From: Bacillota bacterium
GTDB lineage: Bacteria; Bacillota; Clostridia; Christensenellales; UBA1242
Assembly (NCBI GenBank): GCA_009784555.1
Contig: WRBO01000007.1
Coordinates: 139-64,138, forward strand
Reading direction: 5' to 3'
DNA: 64,000 nt
This document shows positions 52,555 to 61,880 of the stretch, piece after piece. Positions within the stretch are counted from its first letter, which is position 1. Each line of letters starts with the position of its first letter. The position numbers were made by a program, and so were the translations under genes. The notes beneath the pieces were generated by a model. That model made no database searches. It saw only the letters and a program-made list of their open reading frames with translations, and was not told the DNA's origin.

Positions 52555-53264
52555 TGGTCGCTGTAAAAATGTTCATACAATATATCCGCCGAGGCAATTC
52601 TATCCCTCAATCGCCCATCAACAAAAATATAATCAAACCTGTAATTCCATCCCTTGCGCCCTGTCTTGCTTCGATACGAATCCCACGTATACGCCTGGAC
52701 ATCTGGATTCATCACCCGAAAGGTATCCACAAATCCGCTGCCAACAACCCCATCCAACACCTTTCGCTCCTCTGGCAAAAATCCTGTGGTATTATGACAA
52801 ATCTTCGGATGGCTTAAATCCTTCTCCGTATGCGCAATGTTCATATCTCCCGCAACGATAACTGGCTTGTCCAAACTTGCGACCGTCTTCCACAACACGT
52901 CCAAAAACTCCATCTTAACATCTAATCTTTTACCGCCATGCGGAACGTAACAATTAACAACGTAAAACTCCGCATACTCCGCAATTATAACCCGCCCCTC
53001 ATCGCCCAGGAACCCAAAATCAAACCTAACGCTAATTGGTTGCGAACGGGTCACCAGGGCAGTCCCACTATATCCCGCCTTCTGCGCTGGATTTACAAAG
53101 ACATGAAACTCACTCTCCAACGACCTCAAAACTTCCATCGCCTGTTCCGCATTGGCCTTAATCTCCTGCAAACAAATGATATCCCCGCTCATCCGCAAAA
53201 AATCCACAACACCACGCCTCGCCGCGGCTCTTATACCATTCACGTTAAAGCTAACTACTTTCAT
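52503..53264 (-). CDS. xth: Exodeoxyribonuclease III
   Basis: MKVVSFNVNGIR N-terminus, CLQEIK, and the C-terminal SDHYPIEL. Confidence 0.93.
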   Translation of the reverse strand: MKVVSFNVNGIRAAARRGVVDFLRMSGDIICLQEIKANAEQAMEVLRSLESEFHVFVNPAQKAGYSGTALVTRSQPISVRFDFGFLGDEGRVIIAEYAEFYVVNCYVPHGGKRLDVKMEFLDVLWKTVASLDKPVIVAGDMNIAHTEKDLSHPKICHNTTGFLPEERKVLDGVVGSGFVDTFRVMNPDVQAYTWDSYRSKTGRKGWNYRFDYIFVDGRLRDRIASADILYEHFYSDHYPIELALSSRLSLLER

Positions 53265-53269
53265 CAACA

Positions 53270-54193
53270 CTAATCCTCAAAATTCGTCACATCTACCTCG
53301 ATCTTACTCTTACGTGGTGCCGCCTTCAACTCCAATACATGGCACCACTCCGATTCATTCGGCACCCACTCAAACTCAACCCTCATCCTGCGCCGTGCGG
53401 CTTTGCGGCCGTTCTTGCTGCTATATTTCCACATGGTCGTCAACATAACATCATCCCGCCCATCAACCGCTATCGTCAATCGGTCGGTACTCGACCAACT
53501 GCTGACACGCCCATTAACGTAACTTGTATGACGACCCGCTTCCTCAACATTCATAACGCTACCTGTTCCTGTAATTCTGTTCGGGTGCCGCGCAACACGC
53601 TTTACCGCACGCCGTTCGCGTCCCGCCTTTATCATCACATACAATATTCCCAATGCCGACCCGCCCAGGAATATCCCTATCGACGTCAAAAAATACGGGT
53701 CGGGCCACAACGACATATCATTCACTTCTAAATAATCAAATCGCGTAATCCATATCGCGGGGATAAGGATAAACAAATTCAAAATGATAATAAAAAATGC
53801 CCATGCCCAAAACTTCTGGAACACCGACTTCTGCATCCACTCCAATTCTTTTACCATCATTGCCTTGACTTCGGCCTTTTGCTCCTCGCCGCGCATCGCT
53901 TCCTTATGCTTACGCGGAGCCATCACTTCAACATAAAAATAAACAAAGCCAAACAACCCCGACATCCCCATCCCAACCCATGAAACCGCCGTAACCAAAC
54001 GATGGAAATACACATTCCCTGGTTCCACAAAAATTGTCACACTCAACACAAGGGCCAAATACGCCAAAAACAACGCCCCAAAAATCTTAACTCCGCGCAT
54101 CATCCCTGGGTTTTTCCAATACCCATTCTGCAGGAAATCGCTATACATCTCCGCCTCAATGCGCTCAATCTGTTCCTTCGACAATTTTCCCAT
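53270..54193 (-). CDS. Hypothetical 4-TM membrane protein with a soluble C-terminal domain
   Basis: 307 aa with four hydrophobic helices; no recognisable motif. Confidence 0.6.
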   Translation of the reverse strand: MGKLSKEQIERIEAEMYSDFLQNGYWKNPGMMRGVKIFGALFLAYLALVLSVTIFVEPGNVYFHRLVTAVSWVGMGMSGLFGFVYFYVEVMAPRKHKEAMRGEEQKAEVKAMMVKELEWMQKSVFQKFWAWAFFIIILNLFILIPAIWITRFDYLEVNDMSLWPDPYFLTSIGIFLGGSALGILYVMIKAGRERRAVKRVARHPNRITGTGSVMNVEEAGRHTSYVNGRVSSWSSTDRLTIAVDGRDDVMLTTMWKYSSKNGRKAARRRMRVEFEWVPNESEWCHVLELKAAPRKSKIEVDVTNFED

Positions 54194-54198
54194 CGTGC

Positions 54199-54570
54199 TT
54201 AATTAAAATCTCCATAATACTCAATCAACTCAACAATCTTGTCGCCCTCAAACTTGAAAAAAGACGTCGTAAAAAACGGCTTGCCACCCACGGACGCGGT
54301 TATCATCGAAACCCAATTCCCATCCGCCAATTCATCTATCCGCTCAATAACATATCCGCTATCCAAAATATCCTTGTACTGCAAACAACTCGCCGCCATT
54401 TCTTCAATCGCCACATCCATCATGCCATCGGCTGGCCTAAACTTGTAAACCGCCCCCACCGCAAAATGCTGCAAAATCTTATTCGCATCTTGCCCAACCA
54501 CACCCGCATACATATCTTCCCAATATCTCTCAATTATTTTCTTCATATAATCCAAGTATAACTGCTCCAA
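54199..54570 (-). CDS. NTF2/SnoaL-like small protein
   Basis: 123 aa. The size and the ...FFKFEGDKIVELIEYYG C-terminus are typical of the SnoaL-like fold. Confidence 0.5.
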   Translation of the reverse strand: MEQLYLDYMKKIIERYWEDMYAGVVGQDANKILQHFAVGAVYKFRPADGMMDVAIEEMAASCLQYKDILDSGYVIERIDELADGNWVSMITASVGGKPFFTTSFFKFEGDKIVELIEYYGDFN

Positions 54571-54845
54571 ACAAAATCACACAACTTTTATTTGACTAAA
54601 AACCTCAAGAGTTGATAAAGTATATTGCTGATGGCAAAAGTCTGTTAGACCACAAGGTTTGCAGTTGCTGTCCCCACTATGCGAAATCATGGTGTCAGCA
54701 GGGATAAAACTTTTACACAGTACTTCCGAAAATATTGTTTGAAAACAATGTTTTCGCTTGTGCTGTTTAGAAGTTACAGTTGCGGTAACTCTGGCAGAAC
54801 AAGACAGAGTTATTTTTATTTCGCAACTTAAAAGGAGTGCAGACA

Positions 54846-55022
54846 ATGAAAAAAAACAGTAACGTCACGAAAACGAAGTCAAGGACAAAAACAAAATTAA
54901 AACCGAAAACACAAAGTAGATGGGCAAAAAAACGACAAGAATACAAAGACTTGCGTGATGCAGCAGATGCCGCAAACAATATGTGCTTTGGTTGTTACAG
55001 TAAAGAAACAGGTTGGTATTAA
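54846..55022 (+). CDS. Small Lys-rich basic protein with a Cys/aromatic C-terminus
   Basis: AAGGAG SD 9 nt upstream. Product: MKKNSNVTKTKSRTKTKLKPKTQSRWAKKRQEYKDLRDAADAANNMCFGCYSKETGWY. Located in the AT-rich islet. Confidence 0.45.
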   Translation: MKKNSNVTKTKSRTKTKLKPKTQSRWAKKRQEYKDLRDAADAANNMCFGCYSKETGWY

Positions 55023-55024
55023 AA

Positions 55025-55423
55025 ATGAAAAGAAATATTGATCTGTTAAGGGATTTGTTAATTTATCTGGAAGAACACTATGTTGCAGGAGAATCTTTGA
55101 CAATTACTGAAGATATTTGTGGATACGATTTAGCTACAGTAAGCGAGCATTTTAGTATGCTAAATGAGGAAGGTTTTATTCGCAATATACAGGTGTGGTA
55201 TGGAAGTGGTGTCGTTTCTGGTATGGACGTGGAGAATCTCACGAGTAAGGGTTTCGATTTTTTGGACTATATTAGGGACGAGGGAACTTGGAAGGGTTAC
55301 AAAAAAGAAATGGAAAAGAGAAAAGTTGTTAAAACCCCATCGGCAATTTTTAGTTTTGTCAAAGGTCTTGTAGAAATAGTGGGTACTGGTGTAGGTGCTT
55401 ATAAAAAAGCCAAAGATAATTAA
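55025..55423 (+). CDS. DUF2513-like protein (winged-helix-like, phage/island associated)
   Basis: MKRNIDLLRDLLIYLEEH resembles the characteristic DUF2513 N-terminus. A sampled line in this gene gives about 35% GC. Confidence 0.55.
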   Translation: MKRNIDLLRDLLIYLEEHYVAGESLTITEDICGYDLATVSEHFSMLNEEGFIRNIQVWYGSGVVSGMDVENLTSKGFDFLDYIRDEGTWKGYKKEMEKRKVVKTPSAIFSFVKGLVEIVGTGVGAYKKAKDN

Positions 55424-55435
55424 TTTCTGAAAAAT

Positions 55436-55493
55436 CAAAAAACCGCACTGAAATCAAACATACAAATTTGATTTTGCGACAGTGCGGTTTTTC
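55436..55493. terminator. Long bidirectional stem-loop between the DUF2513 gene and tRNA-Ser
   Basis: AACCGCACTG (55441..55450) pairs with CAGTGCGGTT (55480..55489). The stem is flanked by an A run and a T run and contains an inner AAATCAAA..TTTGATTT hairpin. Confidence 0.7.
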
Positions 55494-55505
55494 GATAAAT
55501 TGTGC

Positions 55506-55595
55506 TGGCGGAGGAGGAGGGATTCGAACCCCCGTGCCCGTGAAGGCTACCGGTTTTCAAGACCGGGCGAGTATGACCACTTTCGCTACTCCTCC
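55506..55595 (-). tRNA. tRNA-Ser (UGA), class II long variable arm, CCA encoded
   Basis: Minus strand: GGAGGAGTAGCGAAAGTGGTCATACTCGCCCGGTCTTGAAAACCGGTAGCCTTCACGGGCACGGGGGTTCGAATCCCTCCTCCTCCGCCA. The anticodon loop is CTTGAAA. Confidence 0.92.
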
Positions 55596-55672
55596 GAGTG
55601 AAACGAGGAAGGATAGTGAAAAGTTGAAATAAGTTAACCTTAATGTCCAAGGCTCTGGCGAAGCCAGGTTCT

Positions 55673-55697
55673 TATGACCACTTTCGCTACTCCTCCG
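55673..55697 (-). pseudogene. 25-nt duplicate of the 5' end of tRNA-Ser (fragment)
   Basis: TATGACCACTTTCGCTACTCCTCCG is identical to 55572..55596, exactly 101 bp away. No anticodon or T arm follows it. Confidence 0.8.
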
Positions 55698-55781
55698 CGT
55701 AATGTGATAGTATACACAACTTTCCCCAGACATTCAAGTAAATAGTTTGACTATTCTGCAAATGTTGGCTACCATCAAATT

Positions 55782-56501
55782 ATGAAACAAAATATGAAAA
55801 AGTATTTGGCGGAAATGTTGGGCACGGCCGTCCTGGTCGCCATGGCGGTGGGAACCGCGGTCTGGAGCGAAAGCCTCGTCGCCGCGGCACTCGCATTCGG
55901 TCTGGTCATCGTCGCAATGGCCTACACAATAGGGCCAATCAGCGGGGCACACATCAACCCGGCGGTGTCGCTCGCCATGTTCATTCAAAAGAAACTCTCG
56001 GCGCGGGACTTCGGCGCGTATGTGGTGGCCCAGGTCGTCGGCGCGGTAATCGGTGCACTCTTCATCTTCTCGATAATTTCATTGGCTGGCGGAGACGCTA
56101 CCCTCAATACAATGGGCGCAAACCAATACGAAGACCTCGCTGACACAACTGGCTCGGCCATCGCAATCGCCCTAATCGTCGAAATCGTCCTGACATTCGT
56201 GTTCGTATTTACAATCCTGGGCGTCATCTCGAAAACTGGTAACAAAATGGGCGCTGGCCTGGTCATCGGTCTCACCCTAACCCTCGTCCACCTCATCGGA
56301 ATTAATCTAACAGGGACCAGTGTCAACCCGGCACGAAGCCTAGGCCCGGCACTTTTCGCAGGGACCGAGGCCTTTCGCCAAGTCTGGCTCTTCATCCTCG
56401 CACCATTGGTGGGTGCGGTGCTTGCGGCAATGGCGGCACGCTACTTCTTTGAAAACGCCCCCGAGACATCTGAAACATCCGAAACGACAACCGCGGAGTA
56501 A
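55782..56501 (+). CDS. MIP-family channel (aquaporin/glycerol facilitator)
   Basis: Two NPA boxes (HINPAVS, SVNPARS) and six TM helices. Confidence 0.93.
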   Translation: MKQNMKKYLAEMLGTAVLVAMAVGTAVWSESLVAAALAFGLVIVAMAYTIGPISGAHINPAVSLAMFIQKKLSARDFGAYVVAQVVGAVIGALFIFSIISLAGGDATLNTMGANQYEDLADTTGSAIAIALIVEIVLTFVFVFTILGVISKTGNKMGAGLVIGLTLTLVHLIGINLTGTSVNPARSLGPALFAGTEAFRQVWLFILAPLVGAVLAAMAARYFFENAPETSETSETTTAE

Positions 56502-56504
56502 AAA

Positions 56505-57485
56505 ATGGAACAAACCCAAACGCCCGATGATGCGGCAAAAAAACAACGTGAAGACGCAATTCTTCACACCCTTCACCAATTTGTTATGCCGCAAATCGGC
56601 GGCATAGACGTTCGCGAAGGCCCGCCGTTCCTCAAAAAAATCATGGACTACATGATGCGGCCCAACAGCCAAGACGTAAACACCGAATCATTCAAAAACG
56701 AGGCAGGGATAAACCACCTCTCGGACGACAACCTGATGGAACTGTTTGACAAAATGAAACAGGGCCTAGGCACAGACAGCCGCAACCTCGACCAATATAA
56801 ACAACACCTCGAAATCGACCAAAACCTCAACGTTCCGTCTACGCTAATCCTCGACAAACTGGGAAAGGCCCACGAACACTTCAAAGGCGAGGTCGAAAAG
56901 CGCAAAGAAATGGCCGCCGCCGCGGGTGCTATGGTCAAGGCTGGCGCAACAAAAGTCGCAAAGGCTGGGGCCTCTGCCCTCAAATTCGGAACCCACATGG
57001 CTGGCCGCTTCTTTGGCCAAAACCAAAATCAATCACAAACCCAAACCATGCAACAACGTACGGCAACGGCACCAATCCTCGACACCGAACAAACCCAAAC
57101 GGAACTCGAACAACAAACCCCCGACCTCGAAATCGAACAAACAAACGAACAACAACTCGACCAACCCGAACTAACGATTGACGCTGAAACTGAAATTACT
57201 GCCGAATTGGAAAATGAAATGGAAACCCCCGCCGCGGAAATCGAACGCGAGGAGCTCGCCACCGAAATCCCCGACAACGTGATTGATGCACGCGACATGT
57301 TCGCACAACGGGGAACTCCCGCCGCCGAACGCAAAACCGACGACCTCGCCGCCCTTGGCGGGTCACCAATGTTGGCCGCCATCCGTAACGCGACCCGCTC
57401 CCACGAAATGGAAGGGGAAATGACCCCAATCACACCGCAAAACCAATTCGCCCGCACCAACGACGACCTGCAACGAATTGCCTAA
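56505..57485 (+). CDS. Hypothetical acidic Gln/Glu/Thr-rich protein, translationally coupled to the MIP channel gene
   Basis: 326 aa. The start lies 3 nt after the aquaporin stop and has a GGAG SD. No recognisable motif. Confidence 0.6.
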   Translation: MEQTQTPDDAAKKQREDAILHTLHQFVMPQIGGIDVREGPPFLKKIMDYMMRPNSQDVNTESFKNEAGINHLSDDNLMELFDKMKQGLGTDSRNLDQYKQHLEIDQNLNVPSTLILDKLGKAHEHFKGEVEKRKEMAAAAGAMVKAGATKVAKAGASALKFGTHMAGRFFGQNQNQSQTQTMQQRTATAPILDTEQTQTELEQQTPDLEIEQTNEQQLDQPELTIDAETEITAELENEMETPAAEIEREELATEIPDNVIDARDMFAQRGTPAAERKTDDLAALGGSPMLAAIRNATRSHEMEGEMTPITPQNQFARTNDDLQRIA

Positions 57486-57563
57486 ACTCAAACAATCCAC
57501 GGCATAAATCCCCAAATTTTGTTGACACTATCGCCATGTTTTGATAAACTAATTTGTTCCCAT

Positions 57564-57638
57564 TCCCCGATAGCTCAGCGGTAGAGCGTCCGGCTGTTAA
57601 CCGGCAGGTCACAGGTTCAAATCCTGTTCGGGGAGCCA
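57564..57638 (+). tRNA. tRNA-Asn (GUU), CCA encoded
   Basis: Acceptor TCCCCGA/TCGGGGA, anticodon loop CTGTTAA, T-loop TTCAAAT. Confidence 0.92.
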
Positions 57639-57640
57639 AA

Positions 57641-57664
57641 AAACCACCCCCACGGGTGGTTTTT
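57641..57664 (+). terminator. Terminator after tRNA-Asn
   Basis: CCACCC-CCAC-GGGTGG followed by TTTTT. Confidence 0.8.
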
Positions 57665-57682
57665 ATTTGCACAAAAATTCTC

Positions 57683-60600
57683 CTACCCCCGAACCGTCCG
57701 CACATTATTTGCACGTCGTTGACGCCCAATAATGAAAAACAACGAAACCATAGCAATAACCAACAGCGATATAATCGAAAGAATAATAATCTCATTCAAC
57801 CACCACGTAGACATAGAGGTAAAATTCAACGGTGGAGGAGGCTCGACCGAAAACAACGTTCCCATGGACAAACTCGAATTAACAAAAGCCGAGCCATCGG
57901 CGGCAATCGCCCGAACCGATATAATGTGTATCCCTGGAATTACCCCCAAATACTCTAACTCAAAATGATTTGTTGCCGATGTCGCAATCTGAACACCATT
58001 CAGGTATATCGCATATGAATTTGCGTTATTTACCGCATTCCATGTCGCAACTGCGCCTCCGCCAACACGGCGCAACGACTGCGGCGTGCAAAGACGCTCT
58101 TTTCCAATTGGCGGCGGCTCGGTTGGGGGTGGCGGCTCTGGAAGGTCCGCGGGCGCAACCTCTGTCATTACACCGCCAACAACAAACCGTGTCTCCAAAC
58201 TCAACACCGAATCCATGAACCAATCACCGCCAATGGCCATTATGCGTATGCGGTATGTCCCTGGCGCAAAAAACGACAGGTCAATAAAGTTATAAAGAAT
58301 AGACGTCCACGGCGCATCATTAATCATAATTTGATACCCCGAACCATCGGCAACCGACTCCCACATCAGGAACCCTTCGCCAACAATATTCAACGATGTC
58401 GGTGCGGCCAATCGCATCGGCTGCGGTCCTGGCCATGGGTCACCCACGCGCCATCCCGCTGGCGGGGCATACGGGAACCCACTCGGCCACTCGTCACCCG
58501 TATTCCACGCTGGTGGACGTGACGGCATCAACCCTGGCACCGTCGGCCATGGCTCTATCGTCGGCTGATTTGGGTCAACAAAATTGGGGTCTAACGGCGG
58601 CCACACGGCATACAACCGTGTCGTGGACGTAACTCGCAATGTCTCGGTGGGCGCAATTCTAACGGCACCCGCCGCGGCCTCGGTCGCATTGTGCGCCCAT
58701 CCGCGCAACGTAAACCCCTGTTGTGGGGCGGGCACACGTAATGCCAAATCAATAATCCCAACCGCCGAACGGAACTCCTCCATAACGGTAGGCATGTTAA
58801 TCCCCAACGCGCCGTTCGTTCGTATGATGATTACTTGTGCTGGGGTGTATCGCTCCCACACGCCGTACAGCGTTGTGTCTGTCGTAAACGCGGCGGTCGG
58901 TGTCGTCTGCAACGGAACCTCTACCGTACCGCGCAATGCGGCCTCGGCTGACCGGGCCCATCCAACATGCGTGGCCCCCAACGGCAATGTTCGTCGTGCC
59001 AACGCCGTCCCAAATGCATTCGGCCGTGTCAGGGAAATCTCTGGGGCATCCAACGTGGTCGCCAATACGCCGTCACCAATCTGTAACGTCAGGGTAATCG
59101 GCGCAAAGAAACGGTAAACGGCAAACAACTCGGTCGCCGCACTCGCGATTGTGACGGTCGTCCCAACGGCATGGGCTACAACACCCTCGTTCGCCAATGA
59201 CTGGCTGGTCGCCCATCCAACAAACTCAACATTCGACGGTAACAACGACTGCGACGGCGAAGGCAGGGCCTGGCTACCAACAACAACTGGGCCACTTGGC
59301 GCATTGGCACTGTGTGAACTCAACTCGACGTCGAACATCTCACTCGCCATATGCAACCGCAAATTCCCAAACGCACCCGTCGCAAAATGAAAAGTAGCCA
59401 TATTTGGTGTACCTGGTGCGGCCGTCCATTCTGCGACACGCGGGTCATTTATTTGGTGATTACCTGCACGCATAACGTCAATTAACGGCTGACCCAAACT
59501 GGTCGCACCGTTTGGCGCAACCTGGCCGACATTCGACCTGTTTTGAATGAAACGATTCAACGGGGTAAAGGCCGCAAAATCCGCACGCACGCCAAACGCC
59601 CTGTCAACATTCAATATCCAATTTGTAACATTACCGGCATATCCCGCCATGGAAAAGAACATCAAATTGCGCCATCCATGTATCTGGTTCATACGCACAT
59701 TTGTCGGCGAATTTGCAACCGACAATTCACCTACATTAAATACATTGTGTAAATTAATAATCGGGTTGCTCGTCCCCCAATCCGTACCCGCACGACGCAT
59801 CATAACAATATCGCCAACAATGCCGCCCAATCCGCCGACACCCGACAACTGCCCAACGCCAATACTGCCCATGTTGTACGCATTGAATATCGTGCTTGAA
59901 ACGATATGCTCACCACTATGACTCAAATAATTTGGGTTTCCCATACGCCCAACAACACCGCCGACACTGTGTACACCTGGTACCGTGATGTTGCCGTGGT
60001 TTGCAATGTTGAACATCTCGGATACTGGCTCGGCCGCGGTACGCAACGACACCCCAACAACCCCACCTACAAATGTCGAAAAGTTAGACGTGTTAACTAC
60101 CATGTGCGCCATGTTCAAAATGTTCGATACTGTACTATTCTCGGCAAATCCAATGACCGAACCAATACGAACTTCACCCGTGTCTTTTCCTTGCCATGTG
60201 TCGATGGTGGTTTCTGTTATGGTAATGTTACTAATGCATGCATTACACACACGTCCAAACAATCCGAAATCACGTGATGTATTTCCAATAACTGATTGTG
60301 CGCGCATTGTGCGGGGCATCGTGATACGGCGGCTACCTCCGTCAAAATTCCCCATGAACGGACGACTCGGCCCGCCAATCGGAACCCATATTCTTGATGA
60401 CAAATTTATGTCCTCAACAACGCGGAAATACACTCCTTCAAATGTACGGCCACTGGTCACAACTCCTAAATCACCATTAACTAAAAACGCTAAACGCGCT
60501 AAATCGTGTGCTGATGTAATTGCTAATGGATTGGCCGCCGTCCCTACGGTCGACATGGTTTCATCATCATTGTTAACTCCGCGGAATCCGCCGTCTGTAT

Positions 60601-60895
60601 ATGTCGAACCCCAAGGGGCAAAATTCATATCCGCACTCTGCCACGTCGGCGGCTGTGTTCCACCTGCAATTAATGTCGGCCCGTCGTTTCCCCATATCAT
60701 GACGCCAACCAACGCAACGTTCAATACGAACATAAAGGCCAACATCATTCCACGGCGGCGTCGGCGGCGAATTGCACGTCGTTGACGCTCGTGGTAACTC
60801 TTGCACTTCTCGCGCGGTAAAACGGGCGCGGGCGCAAGGCCACTTGGGACTTCGTTGTCAAAGGCGGCGATAAATCCATCTTCGGTACGTTCCAT
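57683..60895 (-). CDS. Large surface protein with GLUG-like repeats, three Listeria-Bacteroides (InlB B-repeat-like) repeats, two Fn3/Ig-like modules, and TM anchors at both ends
   Basis: 1070 aa. RRRRRRG plus a TM helix near residue 50. VGGVVGV, VGGVVGRM and GGLGGIVGD motifs. Three copies of xGWAxxxxxA....T....LYAVW. C-terminal TM helix IIILSIISLLVIAMVSLFFII followed by RQRR. AAGGGGA SD. Confidence 0.75.
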   Translation of the reverse strand: MERTEDGFIAAFDNEVPSGLAPAPVLPREKCKSYHERQRRAIRRRRRRGMMLAFMFVLNVALVGVMIWGNDGPTLIAGGTQPPTWQSADMNFAPWGSTYTDGGFRGVNNDDETMSTVGTAANPLAITSAHDLARLAFLVNGDLGVVTSGRTFEGVYFRVVEDINLSSRIWVPIGGPSRPFMGNFDGGSRRITMPRTMRAQSVIGNTSRDFGLFGRVCNACISNITITETTIDTWQGKDTGEVRIGSVIGFAENSTVSNILNMAHMVVNTSNFSTFVGGVVGVSLRTAAEPVSEMFNIANHGNITVPGVHSVGGVVGRMGNPNYLSHSGEHIVSSTIFNAYNMGSIGVGQLSGVGGLGGIVGDIVMMRRAGTDWGTSNPIINLHNVFNVGELSVANSPTNVRMNQIHGWRNLMFFSMAGYAGNVTNWILNVDRAFGVRADFAAFTPLNRFIQNRSNVGQVAPNGATSLGQPLIDVMRAGNHQINDPRVAEWTAAPGTPNMATFHFATGAFGNLRLHMASEMFDVELSSHSANAPSGPVVVGSQALPSPSQSLLPSNVEFVGWATSQSLANEGVVAHAVGTTVTIASAATELFAVYRFFAPITLTLQIGDGVLATTLDAPEISLTRPNAFGTALARRTLPLGATHVGWARSAEAALRGTVEVPLQTTPTAAFTTDTTLYGVWERYTPAQVIIIRTNGALGINMPTVMEEFRSAVGIIDLALRVPAPQQGFTLRGWAHNATEAAAGAVRIAPTETLRVTSTTRLYAVWPPLDPNFVDPNQPTIEPWPTVPGLMPSRPPAWNTGDEWPSGFPYAPPAGWRVGDPWPGPQPMRLAAPTSLNIVGEGFLMWESVADGSGYQIMINDAPWTSILYNFIDLSFFAPGTYRIRIMAIGGDWFMDSVLSLETRFVVGGVMTEVAPADLPEPPPPTEPPPIGKERLCTPQSLRRVGGGAVATWNAVNNANSYAIYLNGVQIATSATNHFELEYLGVIPGIHIISVRAIAADGSAFVNSSLSMGTLFSVEPPPPLNFTSMSTWWLNEIIILSIISLLVIAMVSLFFIIGRQRRANNVRTVRG

Positions 60896-61034
60896 ATACT
60901 GGTTCCCCTTTACAATATATTATATAAGGCAGGATGTGCAAAAGCAAAGGATTTTTGCATAACGGCTATGCCAAAAAATGATTTGACGGAATCAATGTTT
61001 GACCATTATGCCCCCGCGGTGGTATATATAGTGT

Positions 61035-61880
61035 ATGATTCCAAACGAACTTAAAAAAGTTTTCGATTACGTAGGCAAAAGTCCATGGCCGGACAACGTC
61101 CCCGACGACGTGGTCTTTGAATGTGGTAAACGTGCGGCCGCCGATATGATGCAATCGGGCGACTATTATTCGGACAAATTGATATATCGTCTGGCGGGGC
61201 AGAGTGGCTCGGGCAAAACAACCCAACTCCTCCCAACCATAATGAAATTTGAACAACTCCGCGCCCGCAACCCAATTACAATCGCGGTGCGCAACTTCCC
61301 AATATATCACCCCGACTACGATAAAATCGTGGCACAATTTCCTGCGGGAGAGGTTCGCGAAAAAACCAACGGCTTCGCACTAAAATGCCTGGCCGTGGCC
61401 GTCCGCGAAATTCTATCGCGGGGACTATTAACCGTCCTCGACGTAACAATCCTCGACCCGATATTCGAGGAATTCATAAACGGCCAAATCGTGGAAAACG
61501 GCTACACGGCCCAATACCACATACTGGCGGTATCTCGTGCTCAATCGGATATCTTCATCGAAAAACGTCGCCGCGCGGCTGGCGGGGCTGAATCTGGCAA
61601 AATCGTTTACGCAAAAACGGGGGACTACTTCTACGATATCCTACCACGGGGAATTGAATACCTCGCCTCGGTCGACCGCGTGTCAAACGCACTGGTATGG
61701 TCGGCATACGACACAACCCCACTATATACGGGGCACTTCCGCGGCGTGAACGAGGCACTTACAAACGGTCGCCGTATAACCCGCATCCCGGTATTGTCCG
61801 AGGACGAAATGCGCCAAGCAAAACTTGCCTTCATGCACCTCTACTTCTATAAAATTCCTGTTCCCGACCCGCTCGCTTAA
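61035..61880 (+). CDS. Zeta-toxin-family P-loop kinase
   Basis: Walker A GQSGSGKTT and the downstream RNFPIYHPDYDKI, as in zeta/PezT-type UNAG kinases. Confidence 0.65.
   Translation: MIPNELKKVFDYVGKSPWPDNVPDDVVFECGKRAAADMMQSGDYYSDKLIYRLAGQSGSGKTTQLLPTIMKFEQLRARNPITIAVRNFPIYHPDYDKIVAQFPAGEVREKTNGFALKCLAVAVREILSRGLLTVLDVTILDPIFEEFINGQIVENGYTAQYHILAVSRAQSDIFIEKRRRAAGGAESGKIVYAKTGDYFYDILPRGIEYLASVDRVSNALVWSAYDTTPLYTGHFRGVNEALTNGRRITRIPVLSEDEMRQAKLAFMHLYFYKIPVPDPLA

Noticed and set aside
51123-57638. An integrative element bounded by the tRNA genes (Ala, Ser, Asn)
   Set aside because: The interval has no integrase or recombinase and no duplicated tRNA 3'-end. Most genes in it (xth, aquaporin) look native in composition. 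Only the small AT-rich islet next to tRNA-Ser is reported.
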